A DNA stretch of 64,000 nt from Octopus sinensis. Its lineage: Eukaryota. Shown one piece after another: positions 26,556-39,861 of this stretch (positions within the stretch are counted from its first letter, which is position 1; each line of letters opens with the position of its first letter). Location: contig NC_043005.1 in assembly GCF_006345805.1 (NCBI RefSeq), positions 36,518,001 through 36,582,000 on the forward strand, in the 5' to 3' direction. Both the position numbers and the translations under genes were made by a program. Below the pieces are notes generated by a model that made no database searches, was not told the DNA's origin, and saw only the letters and a program-made list of their open reading frames with translations.

Positions 26556-27099
26556 TACTCCAGCTTTTTTTCAGTTCATGTTTACCTTCTTGTGTTACAC
26601 CTTACACGCTACATCACTTTTATTTTAAGTCTTATATCAAACCAAATACTTTGTCGACTTGTTTAAAATAAAGCTTTAGTCGTATCTAAAGGCGGTAACG
26701 TGAACCACGGAGTATCGCCAGTGTAAAATGTCACTCATATGTATGCATGCATGCATGTATGTATGTATGTATGTATTATGTATGTATGTATGCATGTGTG
26801 TGTGAGTCTTTGTGTGTATGTGTGTGTGTGAGTCTTTGTGTGTATGTATACATGTACGTATGTATCTGGGTGTAGATATGTAAGGTGCGCATGTATGTGC
26901 ATGAATCTGTACATGTATATGCATGTGCATACATTTTTGTGTATATGTACATGTGTATATGTATATATCTATCAGGCAATATGTGTGGTGTGTGTGAGTG
27001 TGTGTGTGTATTTATATATAGGTATTCATCTGTTTAGTTCTGCTCAATTTCTCCGGATCACTACATATGTGTTTCTGCTTTTACTCCATCAATCTGCTC

Positions 27100-27152
<53 letters not shown>

Positions 27153-27200
27153 ACTATGCCTCTCTTTCTCGCTCTTCTATCTTTCACCATCTTTCTCATA

Positions 27201-27235
<35 letters not shown>

Positions 27236-27360
27236 CAAAGAACAGCCCTTCTGTCAATTATCACTCACTGTTACTGCGCATGCATGCACAAATTCAAACA
27301 AACACATACCACATCTTCACATGAATGCATCTGTTTATTTACAGATACAATTGTAAACAT

Positions 27361-27446
<86 letters not shown>

Positions 27447-28286
27447 AAGTATGTACTTATGTACTTATGTATGTTTATATATGTATGTTGTGTGTGCCTC
27501 TTTTCTTTTTTCTGACATTTCCAAGTTCTATTCCAGTCTGCAATCACAGTGATAAACATTGCAGTCTTTAAATTGGTTATCACTACAAACATTCACATAT
27601 TTCCAAACAGGTCACCCTGATCAAATTCTACCGAAAACCGTTTCTTCTATTTTGCTTTGATGAACATATTTTGCAAATTTTCTTTTTCACGCACCCATCT
27701 TTTTTCTTTTCTTTCCTTTCCAATTTTGTCTTTTTTTTGATAGGGGTGAGAATTTTGGTAAATTAGGAGAAAGAGTATTTCATGTACTTACTTTTTCTTT
27801 TCTGGTTCGTCATGTATTTTTTTGGCACATTTTTTTCAACTCGCACAGTTATATGACCGAATGAAGTGAAAAATAAAATAAAATAAAAATAAAAACGAAA
27901 CCCCTTCCCCAGAAAAATGTGTGATAAAAATATAGTAAAAACCGAAACATAAGTGTGAAAGTAACGTGTAATGCAAACACACACGCACGTTCACAAATAA
28001 AATAACTCAATATATACACATAATATAAAAAAATACATTTGTGTTAGAGGTAAAATTATATATAGCAATATTCATGCCTACCTATCAGTTTGTCGATATG
28101 CATGTGTGCATATTTATTTGCGTACCTGTGAGTGTATGTGCATCTAATCAGAAAAGATTACAGTTGTTTATATGAACGGTCAGTCATTTTAACTCTACAA
28201 AATCTGGAGCACACGAACAGCAAGGCAAAAGACATCTCTCCCTTACTTAGCTCTCCACACACTTTGCGTACATGCCCACACATGCC

Positions 28287-28332
<46 letters not shown>

Positions 28333-28437
28333 GTGTGAATATCTATGTGCATAAGCGTGTGTAAAGTATATTATATATCAAAATAGCAGTACGTTTTTGT
28401 ATGAATACATATAGATAGCTTTATGTACGTGCGAGTA

Positions 28438-28545
<108 letters not shown>

Positions 28546-28584
28546 GCATACATAAATATGTTACATGAATATACATATATATTC

Positions 28585-28985
28585 TTTTATTGTTTTACTC
28601 TTTTACTTCTTTCAGTCATTTGACTGCGGTCATGTTGGAGCACCGCCTTTAGTCGAACAAATCGACCTCAGGACTTATTCCTTGTAAGCCTGGTACTTAT
28701 TCTATTGGTCTCTTATGCCGAACTGCTAAGCTACAGTGACATAAACACACCAACATCGGTTGTGAAACGATGGTGGGTGGGGACAAACACTGACACACAA
28801 ACAAACATATATATATATATACATATACCACTAGCTTCTTTCAGCTTCCGTCTACCAAATCCACTCACAGGGCTTCGGTCGGCCCGAGACTATAGTACAA
28901 GGTACTTGCCCAAGGTGCCACACGGTGGGAATGTACCCAGAACCATGTGGTTGAGAAGCAAGCTTCTTAAGACACAGCCACGCCT
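28585..28985 (-). mobile_element. SINE family B
   Basis: Same head and tail as 16868-17325; followed by a 12 bp tandem (CACGCCTGCACA) x4. Confidence 0.88.
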
Positions 28986-29019
28986 GCACACACGCCTGCA
29001 CACACGCCTGCACACACGC

Positions 29020-29053
<34 letters not shown>

Positions 29054-30117
29054 AGATGGCCAAAGTCGCTTTACCCACTCCTAATAATAATAAACACAAT
29101 ATAAATATACAAGCATGTCTATATATGTATCTATGTATATATATGTATGTACGTATATATATGGCGTGTATATATTTATATATAGATAAGCATGCGTATA
29201 TATATATGTATGTATGTATCTATGTATCTATGTATCTATGTATTATGTATGCATGTACGTATGTATGTATGGTTTATCTTTACACGTATATATGTGTATT
29301 TTTAAGACATTGCTCTCACATAGATTGATCTACGCAAAGTAACTGTGAAACAAAATGGGTTACATGGAAAGTCAACTGCAAATATCACTCTCTCCTACTC
29401 TCCCTCTCTTTTTCACCCTCTCCCTCACTTCTCCACCTTCTCCTAGTCTCCCACTTTCTCTACGCCTTCTCCCCTTCATTGCTCACACAACTGTAAACGT
29501 TTTCTTTCATTCTCTCTCTCTCCTCTTCTCCCTCATCTTCTTTCTCTATCAGAGTCACTCTGTGACCAGCATTCTCTACCAACTTCTCAGATGTTCTCTA
29601 AAATTTTATGTAAGTTACATTTCACAAGAATTTTGGTATCCAATTTCTTAAGAAGACTCTTTTGCTCGATTCACTTGCTAAAGCGAGGCAGCTGATAAAT
29701 AAAATAAAATAAAATAAAATAAAGAAAAATACCAAAATGAATAGAAAAATAAAAGAAGATATTTGGCAATTCACAGCGGAATGGGAGAGCTGCAGAACTA
29801 ATGTGATACGTTCTCACTGAAGCAATATAGGAAGTCACACGCATACATCTATACACAAACGCGCATACACACGTTGATAGGCATATGAACAAGTGAAGGC
29901 AAACACTCAGTGGCGCACAAGCCCACGCACACATGTACAGACACATACACACGTACACATACAGGCACACACGCATTCATATACACACAGACATACACGT
30001 ATACTACATTGTGTTAAAGTTGGCTTTTTCATTTCTTCAGTACACCTATGTCTGTTATAATGATTCCTTCCCTCTCCCTCACTCAGTCTCTCTGCCAGAG
30101 TCTTTTTCTCCCCACCT

Positions 30118-30176
<59 letters not shown>

Positions 30177-30292
30177 GTATGTCTCCATATTTCCGTCCCT
30201 CCGTCTCTGTATATCCAGCCATCTGTCTACATCTATGTATCTCTCTCCCTCTCTCACCGTTTCTTTCTCTCTCTGCCTCCCTCTCTCTCTTT

Positions 30293-30325
<33 letters not shown>

Positions 30326-31120
30326 CGCACCCCCTACATCACATGTCATAATTAAAACGTGAATTCTTTGCTTAACCTCTTCCAACTCAGAAATCTGTAT
30401 GCAGTGATGATAGCTGTTTGACATCATCTATCAAACGTAAAAAGGCTTCGTAGCTGTAATGTTAGAGCGACATACAATTCATACATACATGCAGACATGA
30501 TAATGTCTTTGCATATCTGTTATCATCCATCATACATATTTATTTATATATATATATATACATACATACATGCATGCATGCATACATATACACGATTTAC
30601 AAAATGAAGTAGGAAGATCCGGGCAATATACACAAACACACACACACACACACACACACAAACACTCACACACACACAGACATACACACACACATATATT
30701 GTTGTATTTCGGGACGGTCATTTTTTTTTGTCAAATAAACACACGCACAATATATTTCCTCTTCACTTGTTTATTACTGCTTTTATTTTATCATTTTAAC
30801 TTATGTCCATTGTCCAGAAATTTTTCGTCACACATCTGTGACCTCTTCAGCGACACTTTTCGTTTTCATGTATCTTCTTGCTCCACTTACTCCAATCTGT
30901 TCTTCTAAGATGTGTATCCTTATGTGCGCATGCGTTTGTGTCCTTGTGTGTGTGTGTGTGATCCACCCGATGTCCACGGATACTACGGACTGTACTGTAA
31001 TCATTTCAGCAATACGGACTATAATCTTAAGAAGCATGAGATTTGCGGAAACTCACGTAGCAATGCATTAAAATATTTATAGATTCCATCCATGGATTAT
31101 TATTATCATTATTAATGGTA

Positions 31121-31492
31121 TGGTGGTGAGCTGGTAGAAACGTTAGCACGCCGGGCGAAATGCGTAGCCGTATTCGTCTGCCGTTACGTTCTGAGTTCAA
31201 ATTCCGCCGAGGTCGACCTTGCCTTTAATCCTTTCGGGGTCGATAAATTAAGTACCAGTTACGCACTGGGGTCGATGTAAACGACTTAATCCGTTTGCCT
31301 GTCCTTGTTTGTCCCCTCTGTGTGTTGCCCCTTGTGGGCAGTAAAGAAATAGGTATTTCATCAGACGCTACGTTCTGAGTTCAAATTCCGCCGAGGTCGA
31401 CTTTATCTTTCATCCTTTCGGGTCGAAATAATTGACTAGTCCCCTTCCACCATAAGGTTTCAAGGCCTTGTGAATAGAGTAGAAATAATTAT
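31121..31492 (+). mobile_element. SINE family A dimer (tail A, then tail B)
   Basis: Junction GTAAAGAAATAG|GTATTTC. Confidence 0.9.
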
Positions 31493-31499
31493 TATTGGT

Positions 31500-31715
31500 A
31501 AGGCGATGAGCTGGCAGAATCGTTAGCGCACAGGGTGAAATGCCTAGCAGTATTTAGCCCGTCGCTATGCTCTGAGTTCAAATTCTGCTGAGGCCGATTT
31601 TGCCTTTCATCCTTTCGGGGTCGATTAAGTAAGCACCAGTTACGCACTGGGGGCGATCTAATCGACTTAATGCCTCCCCTAAATTTGAGGCCTTGTACTT
31701 CCAGTAGATACAATT
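31500..31715 (+). mobile_element. SINE family A monomer (tail B)
   Basis: Complete head, core, tail B followed by (ATT)n. Confidence 0.85.
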
Positions 31716-31769
31716 ATTATTATTATTGTTATTATTATATGTGTGTGTATTTTTGTGTATGTTTTGTCC

Positions 31770-31960
31770 TCCACCATCACTTGACAACCAGTGTTGTTGT
31801 GCCTGAGTCCGCGTAACTTAGCGGTTCGGCGAAAGAGCCCGTTAGAATGAGTACCAGTTTTTACAAAAAATAAGCACTGTGATCGACAAGTTCGACTGAA
31901 ATGCTTCAAGATGGTAGCCCTTCATAGCCGCAGTCTGATAACTGAAACAAATAAAAAGAA
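31770..31960 (+). mobile_element. SINE family B, 3' half
   Basis: CGTAACTTAGCGGTTCGGC...ATAGCCGCAGTC..TAACTGAAACAA. Confidence 0.75.
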
Positions 31961-32064
31961 AAGATATAAATCTGTGTTTCTATGCGCACATGTATGTATG
32001 TATGTACGTGCATATATATATGCGTGTGTTTGCTTGTGTGTGTATGTATGTGTGGATATATATA

Positions 32065-32310
32065 TATTTCTTCTTTTATTCTTTTACTTATTTCAGTCAT
32101 TTGACGCGGTCATGCTGGAGCACCACCTTGAAGGGTTTTAGTCAAACAAATCGACTCCAGGACTTATTTCTTAAACCTAGAAGTTTTTCTATCGGTCTGT
32201 TATGCCGAGTGGCTAAATCACAGGGTCGTAAGCACACCAACACACATACAGGCCGGGTTTCTATAAGTTTCCGTTTACCAAATCCACTCACAAGTCTTGG
32301 TTGGTAGGAG
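32065..32310 (-). mobile_element. SINE family B, partial
   Basis: TTTCAGTCATTTGACGCGGTCATGCTGGAGCACC tail. Confidence 0.8.
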
Positions 32311-32880
32311 GCTATATATTCTGTATATCTCTTTGCGTGGGTTTGTAGTCTTTTATGCTGAAGTCCTCCTGACACCCTATATTCATACTTTACTTTTTAC
32401 GTACTCTTTAATCCCAGTTAATGATTAAATGAGTTTCTAATTCCATTCAATCAAACTAGCTTAACTAATTATCTCACCATCCTGTAGGTTTGCTATTTAT
32501 ATAATATTCCCCGATATTAAGACTATATATTTTTTTCAGTTTAAATTGGGTCCCCAGCAACGAAAACTAAACATCCTATACTCTGAACAATAACATTATG
32601 CATCTAGTTTCAAGTTTTCTCTGATAAATTACCCCTACGTACGTTACTATTTCTCTAAAATACACCATATTTATTTTTAATTACACTTGTTCGTTTCTTT
32701 ACTTCGCCACTACTGTCCATATATAATTTTTTAGATATGGAAACATATTTTTCTGTGTCTTCTTGCATCTTCTAATCTTGCCTCTCTTCTCCCAACTCCC
32801 TCCTTTAGCATAATTCTCAGTTTCTGCACTTCTATTACCCTCAACCGCACTTTCCCTTTTCAATTTTTTGCCAGTCTTTC

Positions 32881-32948
<68 letters not shown>

Positions 32949-33110
32949 CTTTTCCTCTCCCTGTCTACATAGTTGTATATCATATTCTCTTATATTTTCA
33001 AATAATTCAGTTTTATTTAGAAACCTTAATTGCTGAAGACTCCTCTCTTGGAATGTCTAAACCCCCAACGGATAGTAGAAGCCTGCGCACACAAATACTT
33101 TACACACACC

Positions 33111-33151
<41 letters not shown>

Positions 33152-33327
33152 ACACACACACAAACACATACACATACGCACAAACACATACACACATACA
33201 CAAAATTACACACACGCACAATCACACACACATGAAATACACAATACACTGTAAAGCATAATTAATCCTAGCGAGGAATTTTTGGCTGAAAGTACTTAGT
33301 AATTATTCATCACACTATATAAAGAGA

Positions 33328-33364
<37 letters not shown>

Positions 33365-33578
33365 TAATTAGGGATACACACGCGCGTGTGGCTGGGTGTG
33401 CGTGTGCGACGTGGGTTTGCATAAGTGCATGTTAAGTGGAGTGGATTGTAATAAATCAAAATTTTAATGTTGTATGACATTTATATGTTATATCTGTATT
33501 TGTCTTTGTTCAAATAGACAAATACAGATATATGAGTTTTTTTTCTTATCTCACTTTGGTAATTGTATATTCATTTGT

Positions 33579-33622
<44 letters not shown>

Positions 33623-34293
33623 TGTGTGTGTTTGTGTGTGTATTCTATAACAAGAATAGAATTGACAGTGACTTCGAAGTCTCGTCTCTTTAAGCCATCG
33701 TTGGACAGTCAGAGGATGACTTATTTAGCCAAAACTTGAAAGTCATTGTCGATGAAATTTTTTGTCAAAGAATAATTAATTTGCACTCTACAAAAGTATG
33801 GAGTAACCCTCCAAATTTATGTAAAATTGTTTTTATTTCAACAGAACATAGACACAAACAAGAAAATATTTCATATCAATGCGTGGCGTGGACTCTCTTT
33901 TCGTAGGCGACAGATGGGTGTTCCGCAAATTCGGGTTGAAATCTTGCGTAGATTATTTGCTTATAGTGGTCAAACATTTGTGCTGTATAGTAACTCTCTC
34001 CCTCCTTTTTTTCAAATGAACATAGTGCACAGTGTGCCAGGCGTCAGACGCTGAAGCCATTGTCGAGCTACGCAAAATGAAGAGTTTTATTTTAAGGCAC
34101 AATGCATTTGAAACCATGATCTTCAGAATGAGAATACAGTACCCTAACCACTAGGCCACGCGACTTCAGCCACACACGCAGACGGCATCTTGCGATCTTG
34201 TAGTTAACATTAATACACATCATTAAGTTATTTCATATACACAACAGCTTGTCTTTATAGATGTGCATATGTATACACATTTATGTGTATGCC

Positions 34294-34326
<33 letters not shown>

Positions 34327-35099
34327 CTTTTATATGTAAATGTCTGATCGTTTGTGATTGAAGTAATTAGATTTCTCAGCTCATTACATTAATAATTATG
34401 ATAGCACCCACTTTATAATATATTAAGATCTTTTGAATTATCTAATTTTCAGAGAACATGATGAGGCGCCTGCTCTGAAATTTGAGCCTAACATGTTATA
34501 GGCTGGTATCTGTAAACTGATACCAGTTCCACTCAATCATGTTCTGTATAATCTATACATATAATTTTGACATAGGCGATTCTTTCTTGTCTTGGGATTC
34601 ACGGCCAAACGGTTGGGTGGAATTGCGCGAAAAATTGCACAGATGAGTAGAATGATCCGGCGGTGATACTGGGCTTTGTATTTTTTCCACAGCTCCCATG
34701 GTTACCGAGATAATCTACTATGATAATGAATGAGAAAGGAATTGGTGATAGATGAATAAGGAAGGAAGAGGTGATATTATACTTGATAGTGGGATGATGA
34801 AAATTGTACGCTGAATCGATAAATCAAACAGCATTTCAACTCTATGTGAATATGTGTTTGTGTATGTAAAAGGGTGTGTGTGAATGTGTGTATATGCGTG
34901 TGTGCGTGCGTGTGTTTGTGTTTGTGTGCGTGTGCGCGTGCGTGCGCAATGGAAGTGGGATGGTTCATCTTTGTTCGCTTAGTATTTGGGTTTATTTTTG
35001 ATTTGGTTAAATCTTGTTTTTTTTTTGGTCAGTTATTTTTAGCGTTTTGACAGAAAAAAGTCATTCTAAAATTGTTTTGTAACGTAAGCGTGCCCAAAC

Positions 35100-35177
35100 A
35101 AGTCGAATGCTTACACAGAGCAGGTTTTACAGCCACATCATCCAAACTGACCGGGTGAAACCGGGCTTAGCTGCTAG
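35100..35177 (+). mobile_element. Helitron-type 3' terminus
   Basis: CCGGGTGAAACCGGG short hairpin, then CTAG followed by T about 10 bp later. Confidence 0.55.
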
Positions 35178-35184
35178 TAATATA

Positions 35185-35830
35185 TAAGGCTGAGTAAAAA
35201 GTAAACTACGTTTTGAAACATGAAATCCATCACAATATTTTTCAACAATGCGGGAAGCTTATTCATCAAAGTAAGTACCATTACAATCAATACATTTTTG
35301 CAAACAAGTTACAAATTTGTTTATTCCGTTAACATAAAAATCTGGAGTTCTGGAGCTGATGAACTCTTTGAACAGACTTTCAGCATCGGTTTGATTTTCT
35401 GAACTCCTTTTCTCGCAGGAAACCATCAAGGTACTTGAAATGGCTGCAGGAAGTTTTCTGGATAACTTTTGCCAGTTCTTGGGTGGTTTTACGTGGATCT
35501 TTCTCCATTACGGTCCTTAATTGACCGTCATCGATGACAGATACGCTCACGATCTTCAAGGCGCAGGTCTCCAATGCAAAATCGTTTAAATTATGGTCAT
35601 TTCCTCACCAAAGGTTTCGTGAGCAATTTCAGCTGCATTATGTCCTTTTTTGAAGTTGAATAGCAAAATTGTTCGAATATTGCGAATATTCTGGGGAGCT
35701 GTATGTGTGCGTGCGCGCGCACGTGTGTGGTAGTTTTGGCAACGATCTCCGTCTTTCGACAATGAGAATCTAGCAATTCGATCAAATTTACTCTGTTTCT
35801 TAAAGTGTAAGTGGTTGAGTATCCCACAGA
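35185..35830 (-). mobile_element. mariner element, internally deleted (N-terminal HTH and C-terminal end kept)
   Basis: KGHNAAEIAHETFGEEMT, IDDGQLRTVMEKDPRKTTQELAK, and NGINKFVTCLQKCIDCNGTYFDE*; terminus TA|TAAGGCTGAGTAAAAAGTAA. Confidence 0.82.
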
Positions 35831-36062
35831 CGTGTATACCTTTAATGTAATTCTCAGACAGAATCAGTGAGACTCATGAAAAATGGGTACATTTTTAATT
35901 TTTCGTTCACCCAGTTTTATTCATGAAGTATGGGTCAACCGAATGCTATGGATGTTGATCTCAGCTCTAGATATTCTGCAAATGGTTTGAACTAGAGACC
36001 TCGTGGTTACGAAACGAAGTCATTCACAATCCGGCCGTACAGTGCCTGCGTATATGTACACA

Positions 36063-36111
<49 letters not shown>

Positions 36112-36435
36112 GCACACTTACCATAGAGCAAATAGACTCAAGGGAATCCAAAATTGTGTCCATATGCGCGTTATGTTTAGTGTAATGAAGCATGGAAGAA
36201 ATAAATAACTTTTATCTCTACAACTTCGAGGTTGGCATCAGTTGGCCAATGGCGACAAGTAGAGCAAATGGTAACATACCACTATGCTAGGCTGGACTTC
36301 ATGCTGCATGCCAAATATTTGGAATGTTGTTTTATGGCTTGGGCACACCTTCAACTCAACTGGTGCTGCAAGGTCTAGAGATCGCTTCAGCTACTTTGGC
36401 AATCAACACCACTCTTCCTTTTATTGTTAAACAGA

Positions 36436-36850
36436 AAGGTGGCGAAAGGCGGTGAGCCAGCAAAAAATCGTTAGCACGCTGGACGAAATACTTAGTGGTA
36501 TTTCGTCTGCCGTTACGTTGTGAGTTCAAATTCCGCCGAGGTCGACTTTGCCTTTCATCCTTTCGGGGTCGATAAATTAAGTACCAGTTACGCACTGGGG
36601 TCGATGTAATCGACTTAATACTTATGTCTGTCCTTGTTTGTCCCCTCTATGTTTAGCCCCTTGTGGGTAATAAAGAAATAGGTATTTGCCCGTCCTTACG
36701 TTCTGAGTTCAAATTCCGCTGAGGTCGACTTAGCCTTTCATCCTTTCGGGGTCGATAAAATAAATACCAGTTGAACACTGGAGTCGATGTAATCGACTCA
36801 TCCCCACCTCCCTCAAGCTGCCCTTGTGGCAAAAATTTGAAGTAGTTATT
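36436..36850 (+). mobile_element. SINE family A dimer (tail A, then tail B)
   Basis: Junction AAAGAAATAG|GTATTTG; a further head fragment follows at about 36860-36930. Confidence 0.9.
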
Positions 36851-37270
36851 ATACAGATGGCAAAAGGCAACGAGCTGGCAGAATTGTTAGCACGCTGGAC
36901 AAAATACTCTGCGGCGTTTAGTCTGTCTACTTATCTGTATCTAACGAATATAATAATAGTATGCCACATAAATGAGATACCCCCCAACGAAAGGCTAAAT
37001 TATTTTGTTTGGTTAGATGTTTTATTCCGTACATCACTGACAATGAAATACCGCCAGGGATAGACCTAAATGTATACGCATACGTATACACACACTCACT
37101 AATACACAAAATTAATTAGCTATAAGCGTATTTTGACAGTGCATTTGTTATATGAGACCATACGTCAGTATCTTATATGTGTGTGTGTGTGACTTTTTAT
37201 GTGTCTCTGCTGAATATTTTAACCAGAAGTTAAGGATATTATAAACTGAGGCACCTTAATTGTACATTTA

Positions 37271-37304
<34 letters not shown>

Positions 37305-37440
37305 GTTGTTGATGTTGTTGTTGTTTTTGTTGTTATTGGTGTTATTATTGTTATTGTTGTTGTTGTTGTTATTAATATTACTATTATTGTTGTTGTTGTT
37401 GTTTTTGTTGTCGTTGTTGTTGTTGTTGTTGTTGTTATTA

Positions 37441-37818
37441 TTTCTTCGGAACACATATAGTAGCAGGTCTTCATCACTATTTATCAAATACTCGGCAAGC
37501 GTTCTCCTTTCACTCCGTATACAATGGTCTCTACTAATTAGTCCTCTGCCATCATTCTTTCTTTTCATATACAGTCTGTTTACGTTTGCTTTAGGGTGTA
37601 GCATCCCATGCAGCGTCCTTCTATCTAGTATTGGAATTTTCTCCTTATTCCATTTGAGGATGGACGCACTATATCTGACCACCGCAACTGCCCAGATATT
37701 CATTGCAGTGATCAAATTTTTGGCATTCGGGTTGAATTTCAACACCATCTTCCTCCTTTTTCTGATACGCCTTGCTGACCTTGACTTTCACTTCTCTGTG
37801 TTGAACGTCATTCAGATC

Positions 37819-37821
<3 letters not shown>
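37441..37821 (-). mobile_element. R4/Dong-like (RLE) LINE fragment, copy 2
   Basis: NAKNLITAMNIWAVAVVRYSASILKW...LHPKANVNRLYMKRKNDGRGL; trinucleotide tracts on both sides. Confidence 0.88.
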
Positions 37822-37881
<60 letters not shown>

Positions 37882-37894
37882 CATCATCATCATC

Positions 37895-38376
37895 ATTTCT
37901 TCGTCACACACTGTTGGTAAAAATGCACCGGAGTCTCTAGTCATCTGTCTAGTCACAATAAGGACCTCAGACAGATAATACTTTCCTTAAGATGTGCGCT
38001 GTGCCCAATAAGGCTGCTTTTTGCAAGACATGAATCTTGTAAGGGATTTTCAGTTGCCTTAAGAAGTTTTGAAGTTTCAATGAGATTGAGCCCAACGCTC
38101 CGATCACCACTTGTATCACTTTTACATTAACCTCTCGCATTCCATACAGTCTTGCCATTTCCACTTTCAATTCGAAGTACTTGGTGACTTTTTCAACCTC
38201 TTTCCTCACAATATTCATGTCATCTGGTATGGATACATCAATGATGTAGCCATATTTGTTTCTCTTATTCAATATGATAATATCCGGCCGACGGTGTTCG
38301 ATTATACGATCCGCCTGAAATTCATAGTCCCAGAGTATCGTTACTTTTCCATCCTCTTGCATAACTTTATTTGGTA
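37895..38376 (-). mobile_element. R4/Dong-like LINE copy 1, endonuclease region and 3' end
   Basis: ILWDYEFQADRIIEHRRPDIIIL...IIDVSIP...EKVTKY..L...VIGALG...ALLGTAHILRKVL (RLE PD..D/E motif). Confidence 0.92.
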
Positions 38377-38771
38377 CTAGCAGTATCGCCCGGCGTTGCT
38401 CGGGTTTGTAAGGGAAATAACTATATAAGCATTTTTAGAGAGTTATAGCCAAAAAATAGGGAAAAAATGCATTAAAAATGGAAAAAAATTAAGGTAAATT
38501 TTTTTTAAATCGTTGACACATCGTAGATATTTTTAGAGAGTTACTTCCCTTATATAATAGCGAAAAAATGCATTAAAATGGAAAAATATGATGGTAAATT
38601 TTTTTAAAATCGTAGACTCATCGTAGACGCGCGCTAATACCCAGAAGGGCTCGATATGACTCACGACTATAAGATACCCGGTTTTGGTTACACTGCACCG
38701 CAAAATGTGGGAGTAGTTACGAATCTAAATCGTAGGAGACAGACACACAACTTCAGTTTTATATATAAAGA
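38377..38771 (-). mobile_element. Small complete Helitron-like module inside the composite
   Basis: Own 5' end A|TCTTTATATATAAAA at 38771; internal tandem duplication at about 38425-38630. Confidence 0.8.
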
Positions 38772-38883
38772 TATAAGCCACGTAGTTATATACACATACT
38801 TTGTTATATACACATTCTTAAAAGAAAATGTTATTTTGAACACAATATTTATAAAGAATAAAATATTTTTTGGTTTTTCTTAA

Positions 38884-39590
38884 CCCTTTCGTTACTATAT
38901 TTCTGACCAAAATACACCCCTTATGTGTTTCAATTATTTTCTAACGTAATCATAAATTTAGTCTGGTTTCATTAAACAACAATAACTTTTTTATTTATCA
39001 ATATATTAATGTGATTTTTGGAAGATAATTTAATGAAATGTTCTCAACCAATTCTATACTATAATTTTTGTCACAAAGTGACTCTAATTGCAGGTAGATA
39101 CAGGTAAATTCAACAAAATATAAAATTATTAAAATTTTGTTCAAACATCGCTATAGAAAATGGGTTATTAGCTAATATTCAGTTGGGTATACAACACAAT
39201 TTTACGATAGAATTTGTTATTCTGGGTAACTTTCTGATACCCATAATAATATTTATGGCAAAATAGGCCTTAATTTCATTTAAGGTTGTGGGAAATAACA
39301 AACTATCCTTTCTTTCGTTTTGTTTACATTTTAGCGTAACAGTTCGTTTCCGCCGTAATGATTTCAAATAGGCTCATTCGAAAAAGTAAAAAGAAATAGT
39401 TTAAGGCTTTACTCTTCTGGGAAAGTCTGTGGCTTGGTGCAGTTTCTTCAGAAAAATCACCGAAAGAAACAGTTTTTAAATTTTCACTCCATTCAGGTGC
39501 CAATTCATTTTCTTAATCGCTGTCGGATTCACTGTTTTCACTTTAAACGTTGCAAACTTGCAAAGAGAAAGGAGAAATTAGAATGATAGC
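38884..39590 (-). mobile_element. piggyBac remnant (terminus plus transposase fragment) inside the Helitron
   Basis: TTAA|CCCTTTCGTTAC terminus at 38880-38895; minus frames DFSEETAPSH...ALNYFFLLF..LFEIITAETNCYA and FPTTLNEIKAYFAINIIMGIRKLPRI match the N-terminal part of piggyBac/PGBD transposases. Confidence 0.75.
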
Positions 39591-39861
39591 GTCAGTGAAA
39601 CAGTTCGCTCCGTTTGTGTGTGTGTGCGTTTGCGTGTGCTGTAGCCCACACTAAGAAAAACATTTGACATATACACCACAATGTGAGTTTTCTCTAAATT
39701 TTACTTAATTGGGGTTGAAATTTTAAAAACTGGACCTGGCACGACCCGATGCATTCTACTCTTAAAAATGCTAGGTAAATTGTATTTGAAGAAATCCTAT
39801 ATTGTAGATTTCTATAAGATACAAAGGGAGGCAGATAAAATCTGCCTTTTATAATAAGAGA

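Larger units (their letters stand above)
38377..39861 (-). mobile_element. Composite non-autonomous Helitron insertion
   Basis: 5' TC at 39861; 3' hairpin CCCGAGCAACGCCGGG and CTAG ending at 38377; inserted between A and T with no target duplication; LINE frame rejoins as YEYIPNK when it is removed. Confidence 0.82.
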
